Assembly: GCA_963832655.1 (NCBI GenBank)
Contig: CAWHUW010000006.1
Location: 124,403-188,402 of the forward strand
Source: an uncultured Thermoleophilia bacterium
GTDB taxonomy: Bacteria; Actinomycetota; Thermoleophilia; UBA2241
DNA: 64,000 bases
Direction of reading: 5' to 3'
The first letter of the stretch is position 1. The number at the start of each line of letters is the position of its first letter. Both the position numbers and the translations under genes were made by a program. Shown piece after piece: positions 52,112 through 62,476 of the stretch. The notes below the pieces were generated by a model that was not told the origin of the DNA, did not search any database, and worked only from the letters and a program-made list of their open reading frames with translations.

Positions 52112-52726
52112 TCACAGAATCCACTCCCGAACGGGAACGTCCACCACCGTCGCCTGACTAGGTACCTGGGACGCGAGTTGCCCGGCCTGATCGATATCCA
52201 ACGAGAAATGGATGGCCGCGTGGAGATTCGGCGGGCGACTCCGATTCGGCTTGTTCACCCACCCTGTGATCTCTAGCTCATAGGATCCTGCCGGCCACGC
52301 CGGTAGTAGCTCAGGGTCGGTTAGACCGAACTCAACGAGAAGTAGCTGACTGCTCTTGCCGGGAACAGACAGAGGGATTGGATTGCTGGCGGGCTGCACG
52401 TCGAGCGTACCAGGAACATAGTCGAACAAGAGCTTCCACTCATAGGAGAGTCTCGCGGCAGACGGTGTCATGATCTGAGCCTCGAGGCGATGGACCGTGC
52501 CCGTCTTTATCGCTTCGTTGACGATGCTGCCCCGCAGGTGGAACGTCGTGCATCCGCCACCACTCGAGAGCACAAGTCCGACTCGGTCTCCGGGGAGCAG
52601 GCGGATTCGGGCGCGCTCGAGGAATGACTTGTAGAACGTGTAGACCGCCGTGGCAAAGGCGACGACGGCCACAATGACCTGAAATGGACTCAGATCCCCG
52701 AAGAACCAGACCAAGCACATCACCAC
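52112..52726 (-). CDS. hypothetical membrane-anchored protein between mod and mcrB
   Basis: Intact 204-aa ORF with an N-terminal TM (LSPFQVIVAVVAFATAVYTFY), a beta-rich body and lower GC. No family recognised. Confidence 0.55.
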   Translation of the reverse strand: MVMCLVWFFGDLSPFQVIVAVVAFATAVYTFYKSFLERARIRLLPGDRVGLVLSSGGGCTTFHLRGSIVNEAIKTGTVHRLEAQIMTPSAARLSYEWKLLFDYVPGTLDVQPASNPIPLSVPGKSSQLLLVEFGLTDPELLPAWPAGSYELEITGWVNKPNRSRPPNLHAAIHFSLDIDQAGQLASQVPSQATVVDVPVREWIL

Positions 52727-52815
52727 CTTCAGGCAAGATTCGGAGAGCCAGCCGGGTCGCCGCTGCCGCGGCTACCTAGGGTGGGCTCAGTGCACCCGCA
52801 GCACGGCGCATGCCG

Positions 52816-55501
52816 TTACTGAGCGTCGCCCGGACGCACGCGATACTCGTAGACCTTCAGCACCTCGTCGCCGTAGTGGTTGATGACCTTCACGGCGATC
52901 TTGCCGGTCGCGGCGCGTCGAACGGGCGGCTCACGGTGCGAGTAGAGGCTCGCCCAGGCGGCCTCGTCGATCTCGGCCCTCAGGGCGCGCTTGAGCTTCT
53001 CGTAGGGCTCGTCGGCGCCGGTGAAGTAGGCGTGGCGGACGAAGAAGCTCTCGCCGTTGTAGTCGGTGTCGATGAACCAGCAGGCGATGTCGTCGGTGCG
53101 AGTCGCTGCGGATCTCGCCGGTGGTCGGGTCGTAGACATCCACGCCGCGGATCTCGACGACGAGCTTGCCGTCCGTCTGCGTTCGCGATCTCGACGTCGG
53201 GCTCGCCGAAGACCATGAACAGGTTGCCGGCGCCGGTCTTCTTGAGCAGCTCGTCGCCCATCGCCAGGTCGGGGTTCATCCGCGCGCTGGCAGGACGGTC
53301 AGCTTGGCCGCAGTCGCTTCGCCTCTTCGGTCGACGTAGCGGGTCGAAGGCGAAGCCGCAGACGACGAGCAGGTCGAAGCCCACGCCCTTGCACGCTTCC
53401 TTGGCGGCTTCCTTGACCTGCTCGGGGCCGACCGTGCCGTACTCGGGGCCGATGGAGACGGCGACGCGCTGGACCTTGCCGTCGGCGTCGGTGTACTCGC
53501 CGACGGCCTGGAGCCAGGCGCCGGCGTACGGCTCGAGCGCGTCGAAGACTGAGCCGCTCGTTCTTGCGGTGTTCTGCACGCCGGCCTTGCGAGGTTGTCC
53601 AGGATCATGGTGGCGAAGTCGCGGCGTCGCGGGCCGGCGTGCTCCGCCGGCCGGCTCCGTCGCACGGCCGCTCGTCGCTCGGCGGCCAGCACCCGATGCG
53701 GCGAGAGGCTCTCGACGGTGAACGGCCCGGTCACCCGGACGCGCTTCGTTGTCCTCGTAGGGCTGGTCGTAGAGCAGTCTCGGTGTCGGCGTGGCGGCGA
53801 TGGCGGCGTCGATCTCGGCCGCGCGTCATGCCCTCCTTGATGTCCGGGTTGTTGGCGATGGACTTGAGCGTGACGTGCGGCACGCGCTTGTAGACGAAGC
53901 CCTTGCGGACGTCGTCGCGCTGTTGGCCGCGGCCGGCAGTGGCATGCCGGTGAGCTCGGCTTCCTTCTCTGCGCCCTCGGGCGAGTCGGCCAGGAGGTAG
54001 TACGGGTAATCGGCGGCCATCAGGCGGGTGCGGGCCAGGGCAGGGCCACACGGCTGGTGTCGATCGTGATCCAGCGCCGGCCCCACTGCTCGGCGACGTA
54101 GGCGGTGGTGCCGGTGCCGCAGGTCGGGTCGAGGACGAGGTCGCCGGGTCGGTGGTCATCAGGAGGCAGCGCTCGATGACCTTCGTGTCCGTCTGCACAA
54201 CGTAGACCTTGTCGTCGCCGAAGCTGCCCGTACGCGTGTCCGTCCAGACGTTCGTGAGCGGGAACGCCGGGAAGTCGTCGAGGTAGCGGACGTAGCTGAG
54301 AGCGTACTGCCGTCGACGTCGAGTCGATCCGCGGCGCGCCAGACGTCCATGCCGTCCGCGTTCGTCTTCCAGCGATGCTTGCCGCTCGGGCGTGATAGCG
54401 TCTCGCCATTGAAGCGCGAACGGCTGTCGCAGCTCGCCGAGCTGCCCGGCTGACGTGAGGTTGTCCAGGCGATAGACTCGTGCGCCGTCGGGAAGCGTCG
54501 ACGGCTCGCGTTCTTCTCGGCGTCGTCATGCGCCGTCGCGTCGCCGTCGGCAGCTCGACCATGCGTACGCGCCTGCGCCTTCACCGCCGAGCGTCTTGCT
54601 CGACGATACAGCTGGCGATACTTCGACGTGCTCGAGTCTCTTGCGCGTACCAGAGGAGGTAGTCAGCACGTGCCTGCGAGGACGTTGTCCGCCATCGGGC
54701 TACCGCCGCTGGTCTTGCGGAAGGCGATCATGCGACAGAAGTTCTCGCTCCCGAACACCTCGTCCATCACGCTCCGCACGAGGTGGACGTTCTCGTCGCC
54801 GATCTGGACGAAGATGCTGCCGGTCTCGGTGAGCAGCTCGCGCGCGACCACAGCCGGTCGCGCAGGTAGGCCAGGTACGAGTGGATGCCCAGTTCCCAGG
54901 TGTCGCGGAAGGCCTTGACCTGCTCGGGCTGGCGGGTCGCGTCCTCGGCCTTGCCGTCCTTCACGTCGCGCTTGCGCGTGCTGACCTGCCAGTTGGAGCC
55001 GAACTTGATGCCGTAGGGCGGGTCGATGTAGATCATCTGGACCTTGCCCTTGAGGCCCTCCTTCTCGGCGAGGGAGGTCATCACCAGCAGCGAGTCGCCC
55101 AGGATCATGCGGTTCGACCAGTTCTGCTCGTGCTGGTAGAAGTCGACCAGCTCCTCGAACTCGAGGCCGTCGAAGTCGTCGAAGAGCGTCAGCTCGGGCT
55201 CCGGCTCGCCCTTGCGCGCCGTGTCGCGCAGGTCCTCGATGATCGCCTGCGGGTGGATCTTCTCCTGGATGTAGATCGGGACGGCCGGCACCTCGAGGTC
55301 GTCGCGCGTCCTGCTCGTCCTTGCCCTTCCAGACGAGCTGCGGGTCGAGCGACGGGTCGCGCGGGTAGAGCATGGTCGCCGGGCGCTGCTTCGTCCTCGG
55401 CGACGAAGTCGCGCAGCTCCTCGGTCGGGATGTTGGCGCGCTTGTCCTGGTGGCGGATGGAGTCGACCGGGTGTTGGGCGCTGGTGCGTCTTCTTCGCCA
55501 T
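52816..55501 (-). pseudogene. mod: type III-like DNA methyltransferase (Mod; DPPY ... DPTCGTGTT order), many frame changes
   Basis: Pieces in several frames were stitched. These include [58 protein letters not shown] and [19 protein letters not shown]. Further pieces are [40 protein letters not shown] and DDIACWFIDTDYNGESFFVRHAYF...KVINHYGDEVLKVY. Confidence 0.8.
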
Positions 55502-55555
55502 GACTGCCTCAGCCTTCGGCGACTGTCGGCGGTCGCCGCTCAGTGCAGCCGCGGA

Positions 55556-58500
55556 TCAGTGTTCTTGCGCGTCCCAGGGGTCGGTGACCTCGAGGAACGC
55601 CCAGCGGCCGAAGCCGCCGTGGTTGTTGACCGCCGGCACCCACAGGTCGCGCGCCGTGGCGACCTTGGCCGCCTTGTCCTTCTTCGTCTCGCCGGTGACC
55701 TCGACGATCAGGTTGAGCAGATCGTCGTCGCCGTGCGCCGTCGTCGATGCGGACGATGAAGTCGGGGACGTAGCGGCTGCTCCTCGCCGTTGAGGGTGTA
55801 GGGGATCGTGAAGCCGAGGTTGTGGTTCTTCACGTAGCGGACGACCTCGGGCATGTCCTCGAGGCCTGGGCCATCTTCTGCTCCCAGAGTCGCTGTCGCA
55901 CGACCACGTGGGAGACGTGGCACTTGTCGGCGCGCGTCGGCGTAGACCGGCCGCGTCGTGTCGAAGTCGACGTAGCGGGTCGAGCCGATCGGCGTCGTAC
56001 GGGCGCAGGATCGGCATGAGACGCTTGCTCGCCGCCGGTCGCCGGCGACGATGGCCCGGTAGATCTGTCGGCGGCGTCGTCGGCGTGCTCGATCGAGCAG
56101 CAGCAGCTGCGGGAAGGTGTCGTCCTTGCAGATCGACGCACTCGTCGAGCCAGCGCCGCGATGATGCCGAGGAGCTGCGGGAAGAGCCAGGGCTTGACGT
56201 CGCCGTCGTCGTGCGCGTGAAGTAGTTCTCGCAGACGTGAGCTTGGCGAGCAGGAAGGCGACCTCGTTGCGGGCGCTTGGCCTTGAGGTCGTCGAGCGTG
56301 TGGATGCTCGATCTCGCCGACGATCGGGCGCGATCTCGGTCGTGGTCGGGATGTCCTCGGTCGAGAGCGCCATGCGCGAGTCGTCGCTGAAGGTGGCGGT
56401 CAGCCGCTCGGTGGGCAGCTCGTAGCGGTAGCCGAGCAGCGCGGGAAGGTGATCTCGCAGGCGATGCGCTCCTCGAGGGCGCGCACGCGGGTGGGCACGG
56501 CGCGGCGGCTTGGGGTCGGCCGCTGCGCCGGCGCAGGGGATGAACGAGAACGGCACGCCGTAGACCTCGGCGTACTCGGGCTCGAACATGTCCGTCGTCG
56601 TTGGCGCGCGTAGCTCATGCGGCGCAGGCCGCGGCCGACGACCTGCTCGCAGAGGAGCTGCGTGCCGAAGGCGCGCACGCCGAGGATGTGGGTGACGGTG
56701 TTGGCGTCCCAGCCCTCGGTGAGCATCGAGACGCGACACGACGCACTTGATCTGCTCGCCGAGCTTGCCGGGCTTGCCGACGGTGTTCATCACCTCGCGC
56801 AGCAGGTCCTCGTCGGTCGAGGTCGTCGGCGTCGCGGCCGGGGAAGCGGGCGCGGTACTCGGCCTTGAACTCCTCGATCTCGCGCGGCGGCGATCTTCTT
56901 GAACTCGTCGCTCATGGCCTCGCCCGACTCGAGCTGCTCGCAGTCCACCAGGATCGTGTTGGGGCGCGTCGGTCCACTGCCGCCGTGCTCGACGTTGCTG
57001 AACAGCGGCAGCTTGCCCGGGACGAGCGACCGTCGTGCCGTCGGGCAGCGGCTTCTCCCAGCCGGCGATCTAGTCGAAGACGAGCTTGCGAGACGTTGGT
57101 GTTGTTGCAGACGACGATGAAGACCGGCGGCGTGAGATCGCGCATCGGCGCCGGCCTCGCGCAGTCTCTCGCGCATCTCTCCCAGAGCGCGTACGTACTT
57201 CTCGTAGTTGCTGTAGAGGCTGTGCAGCGCGCCTTCCAGCTCGACGGGCAGCTTGCGGCTCGCCGGTCGACGTCCTCGGTCTTGCGGCCCTTCTTGGGCA
57301 GGTCGTCGCGGATGCGCAGCCAGAGGTCGCGGTAGGTGGGCATCGTCGCCGGTCATGGAGTCGTCGGCGACCGGCACGCGCGGCACCTTGACGATGCCGG
57401 ACTCGATGGCGTCGATCAGCGAGAAGTCGGACGACCACCCAGGGGAAGAGCGTGCCCTCGGGGTAGCCGGAGCCGCGCAGGAAGAAGGGCGTGGCCGAGA
57501 GGTCGTAGACGCCTCGACGCCGATCTTTGCCTTGACGGCCTCGAGGCCGGAGATCCAGACGCGCGCCTCTTCCTCGCGGTCTTCGGCTTCCTTGCGCTCG
57601 TCGCCTGCGAGCTTGTCGACCAGCACGCCGTCGGCCGCCTCGTCGACCTCCTCGGGCGGCTTGCGTCGGTAGCAGTGGTGCGCCTCGTCGTTGAGCACGA
57701 CGATGTTCTGCTTCGTGCCGAAGCTCGCGGCACACGCGGCGCACCATCTGGTCGGGCGTCTCGGTGAACGGGCTTCGGTCGGCGCCCTTCCCGGCCAGCA
57801 GTGACTTGGTCAGCTTGCCGGCCGCGACCTTCTCGCGCAGCAGGAAGGCGTGGAAGTTGGTGATCACGATCTTGGCCTGGCCGAGCGTCGTCCCGCAGGT
57901 CCGGCGGGACGAGGTCCATCTTGCGGTAGTAGTTGTCAGGGTCGTTGGGCAGCAGCACCCGCAGGCGGTCGCGGATGGTGATGCCCGGGGGTGACGATCA
58001 GGAAGGCGTCGGAGAACCGCGCGTCCTGCGGGTTGGCGAGCTTGTTGAGGGTCTGCCAGGCGATGAGCATCGCCATGACGACCGTCTTGCCGGAGCCGGT
58101 CGCCATCTTGAAGGCGATGCGGTACAGGACCGGCGTTGGCATGATCGTTCTCGGCCTCTGCAGCTGATTCTCGATCCAGGCAGTCGCCGGTACTTGGGCG
58201 CTACCTCGGTGAGGTAGATGGCGGTCTCGAGCGCCTCGATCTGGCAGAAGAACAGCCGCCGCTCGCGGCCCGGTGCACTCCAGTGATCGAGCAGGCGGCG
58301 GGTGGTCCTGGTCACCCCGACGCACCCGCCCGCGCGCCAGTCTGAGACTCGCTGGCGCACGTCGTTGATGAACTTGTTCTCTTCGACGCGGTCCTGAGTC
58401 CACTCGGTGTCGAAGACGAGCTGCTTGCCCTTCTTCTTGGGCTGGGCGATGGGCACGAAGTAGGAACTCAGGCGCCGCGACTCGACGATCTCGTCGGTGA

Positions 58501-58585
58501 TGCCATCGTCGTCGAACTCGAAGTGGCGAGCGGGCTCGGCGAAGGGCGAGTTGATGACCGGGTTCTCGATGACGACTTCGCGCAC
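55556..58585 (-). pseudogene. res: type III restriction enzyme Res subunit (SF2 helicase plus C-terminal nuclease), at least 12 frame changes
   Basis: Pieces in several frames were stitched. These include [18 protein letters not shown]...[44 protein letters not shown] and VYDLSATPFF. Further pieces are [41 protein letters not shown] and YVPDF..LIVEVTGETKKDKAAKV...WAFLEVTDPWD. Confidence 0.8.
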
Positions 58586-59217
58586 GAGGCCCCTCCACGG
58601 TCTGTTGGCCCCACGTCATTGCTGACGCTCCCTGGAGTGTATAGGACCGGCGCTACGCAGAGCGAGGACGGCCAACCTTCCTGGCCGGGAGGCGCCACAA
58701 CGTAGCCCGTTGACTGCTGCGTCTGGCCCACGGCCGCCCGACAGCGCCTGTTTGATCCCGCGAGGCGCCCCGTCACAGGTCTGCACGTTCTGTACCGAGC
58801 ACGAGAATGCGCCCTGTGCGGCCGGTTCCTCCCGTGCGCCGACGTATGGCCGACCGTCGCCGATACCATACGGACCGTCCCGCCACTTGACTGCAGGACA
58901 GACCAAGTGCTGCGCCGCGTGATTTCTGACCACGGGGGATGCCCCGCCCAAGCCGCTGATCTCAAGCCGCCCGTCGCACAGAGGATGGCATTTCTGTGGC
59001 CACTGCCGTTTCTAGGCTCGGACGAGTGCCCGCCCATCATTCATAGTCATGCCTGGGATGCAGGTGAGGTCGCGGAGAACACGGACTCGGGGCTGCATGC
59101 CTCGAGGTGCTCGCGCCTCGACGGAGACGCGGTGCATGACGATCGGCCCCTCTTCGTGGTGAGACGGCGAATCGATTTCGAGAACACTCTCCATGAGCTG
59201 GTGCGGACTGTTGACAG

Positions 59218-59245
59218 TTGACGATGACCGGCGATTCGATAAGAT
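59218..59245 (+). promoter_or_regulatory. candidate sigma-70-type promoter for the SBP/M24 cargo genes
   Basis: TTGACG (59218-59223), a 16-nt spacer, then TAAGAT (59240-59245). An overlapping TTGACA sits at 59211. Confidence 0.35.
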
Positions 59246-59343
59246 GAAATGAGCGCAGAATCGGGAGGCGTGAGTCCTCCATCCGAATAGCTGACACATG
59301 ACACGGCTCGCCTCAAGGGCGGGCGCGATCATTGGAGGCGGCG

Positions 59344-60536
59344 ATGGAACGGAACGAGCGTCACGGCAACCCGGACCTTGGTGAGGTCGAGAAGATCGTT
59401 CAGGCGGTCGCCCACGGCGAGCTCGACCCGGCGCCAGTTTCTCGAGCGCGGCGTCGCACTCGGGCTCTCGTTGACGGCCATCGCCGCGGTGCTCGGCGCC
59501 TGCGGCACGGATGAGGCGACGGACGGCGCGACGCCGGCGGCGATGGACACGACGCTGCCCAAGTCGATCACCATTCTCAACTGGTCCGACTACATGTCAC
59601 CGCGGTGCCTCAAGGACTTCGAGGACCAGTACGGCGTCAAGGTCAAGGAGACGTTCCACGACGGCAATGAGGTGGTCTACGCGAAGCTCAGCGCAGGGGC
59701 CACGGGCTACGACGCAATCTGGCTCAACGACATGTGGGTGACGGTCCACAGAAAGGCGAGGCTGCATCCAGCCGCTCAACATGGACTACATCCCCAACTT
59801 CAAGTACGTCACCGATCCGGTCTTCCAGAAGCCGGCCTTCGACAACCCTGACGAGCAGAACGGCAAGAAGTACTCGGTGCCCTTCATGTTCGGCACCACC
59901 GGCTACGCGGCGACGCTGGCCAAGGTGCCCTCGCCGATGGACAGCTGGGACCAGCTCTGGGACGAGAAGTACAAGCGCGAGATCTCGATGCTCACGGCGG
60001 CGCGCGACGTGCTCGGCGTCGGCCTCATCAAGCTGGGCTACTCGCCCAACACGACGAGCCAGGAGGAGCTCGACGCCGCGCAGGCGTCGCTAATCGAGCA
60101 GAAGCCCCTGGTGCTCAAGTACGACGCGATGAACACGCGGCGCAGCATCGTCCAGGGTCTCGCCCTCACGCACTGCTGGGACGGCGACGTCGGCCTGGCG
60201 CTTCAGACCATCCCGCCCGAGAACGTGCAGTACGTCCTGCCCAGCCAAGGCTACATCGTCTGGGTCGATGCCATCTGTATCCCCAAGGCGTCCAAGAACG
60301 TCTACGCCACCCACCTCTTCCTCAACCACCTTCTCGACCCCAAGCAAGCCGGGGAGAATGCCAACTTCACCGGCTACCACTGTGTGGTGACTGAAGGCGT
60401 GGAGTACTACACCTCCGAGCTGCAACGCTCGATGCGCCCGACGGAAGAGCAGATGGCCAACGGCAAGGTCTCCGAGGACGTGGGCGAGTTCCAGAAGCAG
60501 TACGAGCAGGCGTGGCAGAACGTGAAGGCGGCCTGA
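59344..60536 (+). pseudogene. PotD/PotF-like polyamine ABC substrate-binding protein (Tat/lipoprotein signal), about 2 frame changes
   Basis: ATG follows SD GGAGG. RRQFLERGVALGLSLTAIAAVLGACG is a Tat motif plus lipobox. The body reads ITILNWSDYM...GYDAIW / MDYIPNFKY...YSVPFMFGTTG...WVDAICIP. There are breaks near 59428 and 59750-59780. Confidence 0.7.
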
Positions 60537-60613
60537 CGCGAGGTGGCCAGGCTTTCCCACGAATTGTGGAGCTCGCGCGCTGCGGATTCAGTCCGTCGGT
60601 TCAGCAGGTAGAC

Positions 60614-61792
60614 ATGTCCATGACTCACGACGCTGACTGCGCTCAGGCGCTGCCGTTCGAGCAGAGGGAGTACGACGCTCGGCTGCGACGGGTGCGAGAA
60701 GAGATGGAACGGCGGGACCTCGATCTTCTCTACGTCACCTCGCCTCCCAACCTGAACTACCTCACTGGCTACGAGTCTGTGTACTTCGACATCCGCATTC
60801 CCACCGGCCTTGCCGTGCCGCTAGACGACGTGCCGCCGATGCTCTTTGACACCTGGGAACAGCGGGCAACGTGGCCGGCGACCATTCGCGACTCGGCAGC
60901 CATCGAATACGGTCAACTCGACCTGGTGGTCGACGCCCTGAAATCGAGAGGCTGGCTGAAGGGCCGGGTCGGCGTGGAACGATGGACCTGGACACCGGCG
61001 GCGCCGATTAAGGACGACCTCGCGATGCGCCTGGGCGCGTACGCCGACGTCGTCCCGGGCGACTGGACGGTGGACCGCGTGCGTCTGGTCAAGTCACCCA
61101 AGGAGCTTCAGTACACCCGTACCGCAATCGAGATTGCCGATGCGAGTATGGCGGCCGTACGTGAAGCACTCGTGCCGGGCACCCGTGAGATCGACCTCAT
61201 GGGTCTCATGTACGCCGAGATGGCTCGCCACGGTGGTGAGGAGCAGGCGACTCGCATGATGGTGCACTCGGGACCACGCGGCAATCAGATGCACGTACCC
61301 GCAAGCCGGCGTGAGATCCAGCAGGGCGACCTGCTCATGATTGACATGTGCGCCTCCTACAACAGGTATCACGGCAACGTGGCGCGCACGTTCTCGCTGG
61401 GCGAGAACCCCTTCTGGGAGGAGGTGGTGAGGCGCGCGGCGGCCAGCGTGCCGAAGCTTCTTGCGACGATCAGGCCGGGAGCGCCGCTGGGCGACGTACA
61501 GAAGCTGATGGACGCTCACATCGACGAGGCTGGACTGCGGCCGTATGTCTACTGGATCGGGGGGTACTCGTTGGGCATCGCCTTCCCCCCGGAGTGGGTG
61601 GGCCACGTGTATCTCGACCCCCACGAGGGCTTCGAGACGCACGACTTCGTCCCCAACTACGTGACCAACTATGAGCACGTGCTGCACTCTGACGAGCAGC
61701 GGGTTGGGTGCGGGTTCATCGACACCCTCATCATGACCGAGCAGGGCATCGACATCCCGTCCACATCGCCGCGCCCGATTTCGATTGTGTAG
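60614..61792 (+). CDS. M24-family metallopeptidase/hydrolase (creatinase/Xaa-Pro peptidase/ectoine-hydrolase-like)
   Basis: Intact ORF with a creatinase_N-like N-terminus (FEQREYDARLRRVREEMERRDLDLLYVTSPPNLNYLTGY). The pita-bread core reads GDLLMIDMCASYNRYHGNVARTF...NYEHVL. Confidence 0.75.
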   Translation: MSMTHDADCAQALPFEQREYDARLRRVREEMERRDLDLLYVTSPPNLNYLTGYESVYFDIRIPTGLAVPLDDVPPMLFDTWEQRATWPATIRDSAAIEYGQLDLVVDALKSRGWLKGRVGVERWTWTPAAPIKDDLAMRLGAYADVVPGDWTVDRVRLVKSPKELQYTRTAIEIADASMAAVREALVPGTREIDLMGLMYAEMARHGGEEQATRMMVHSGPRGNQMHVPASRREIQQGDLLMIDMCASYNRYHGNVARTFSLGENPFWEEVVRRAAASVPKLLATIRPGAPLGDVQKLMDAHIDEAGLRPYVYWIGGYSLGIAFPPEWVGHVYLDPHEGFETHDFVPNYVTNYEHVLHSDEQRVGCGFIDTLIMTEQGIDIPSTSPRPISIV

Positions 61793-61980
61793 CTGCACAG
61801 ATCGCGCGGAGGCGGGGCGCAGACACGAAGTACCGAGGGATGCCGGGCAGAGGCATGGGGGGCAGACATGACTCGGCCAAGGTCAGCGCTCGAGGAGAAG
61901 CTCATCGAGGACCACGCCGCCGCCGCGGCGGCCGTGCTGGCGGCTCGATACTGCGGCACCTAGACTTCCCCGGCGTGTCA

Positions 61981-62013
61981 GGGGAGCCCGCCGGACAGTT
62001 CAGCGGGCTCCCC
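61981..62013 (+). terminator. 11-bp perfect hairpin
   Basis: ggggagcccgc cggacagttca gcgggctcccc, about 190 nt after the M24 gene. No clear U-tract. Confidence 0.35.
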
Positions 62014-62476
62014 CGTCGCTCGTGCTTCGCGTTCACCGCGTCCTAGGCACTGACGCTGGTTGCGCCCTTCGCTGCCAACATTCTTGCCAACAAGCCCATA
62101 CGATTCGGTGGAGATGGTGGCACTGTATGGGGCCGTGTGGAGGCTAGACGGGCACCGCAGACACGGCCTGGTACGACTGAAGATCGTATCGGGGCCGCCA
62201 CTGGCTTAGCTGGTGTACGCCACCCACACAGGTCTTCCAAACCCGTTCTCGCAATGCCTCAGCACGGGGAGCCTGACTCCAAGGTCCACATCGCAAATCC
62301 GCCCAGCCATGTCGTCTGGAAGCAGGCCCCGCGTCTTCGCATCTGTGCGATAGACCAAGAGCACCCTTCCGGTGCACGCGCGCCCTATCTCCCGTGCTTT
62401 CGGCAGGCAGTCTCAGCTGCTGCAGGTCTCCCCCAGAGCGATGGTGATGTGACCGAGAGCAAGCCTGGGAGGCGTC

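Noticed and set aside
62230-62447. Minus-strand ORF (...GRVLLVYRTDAKTRGLLPDDMAGRICDVDLGVRLPVLRHCENGF...) considered as an excisionase or toxin next to the integrase
   Set aside because: It has no HTH or Xis-like motif, no ATG start with an SD, and is short. The evidence is insufficient.
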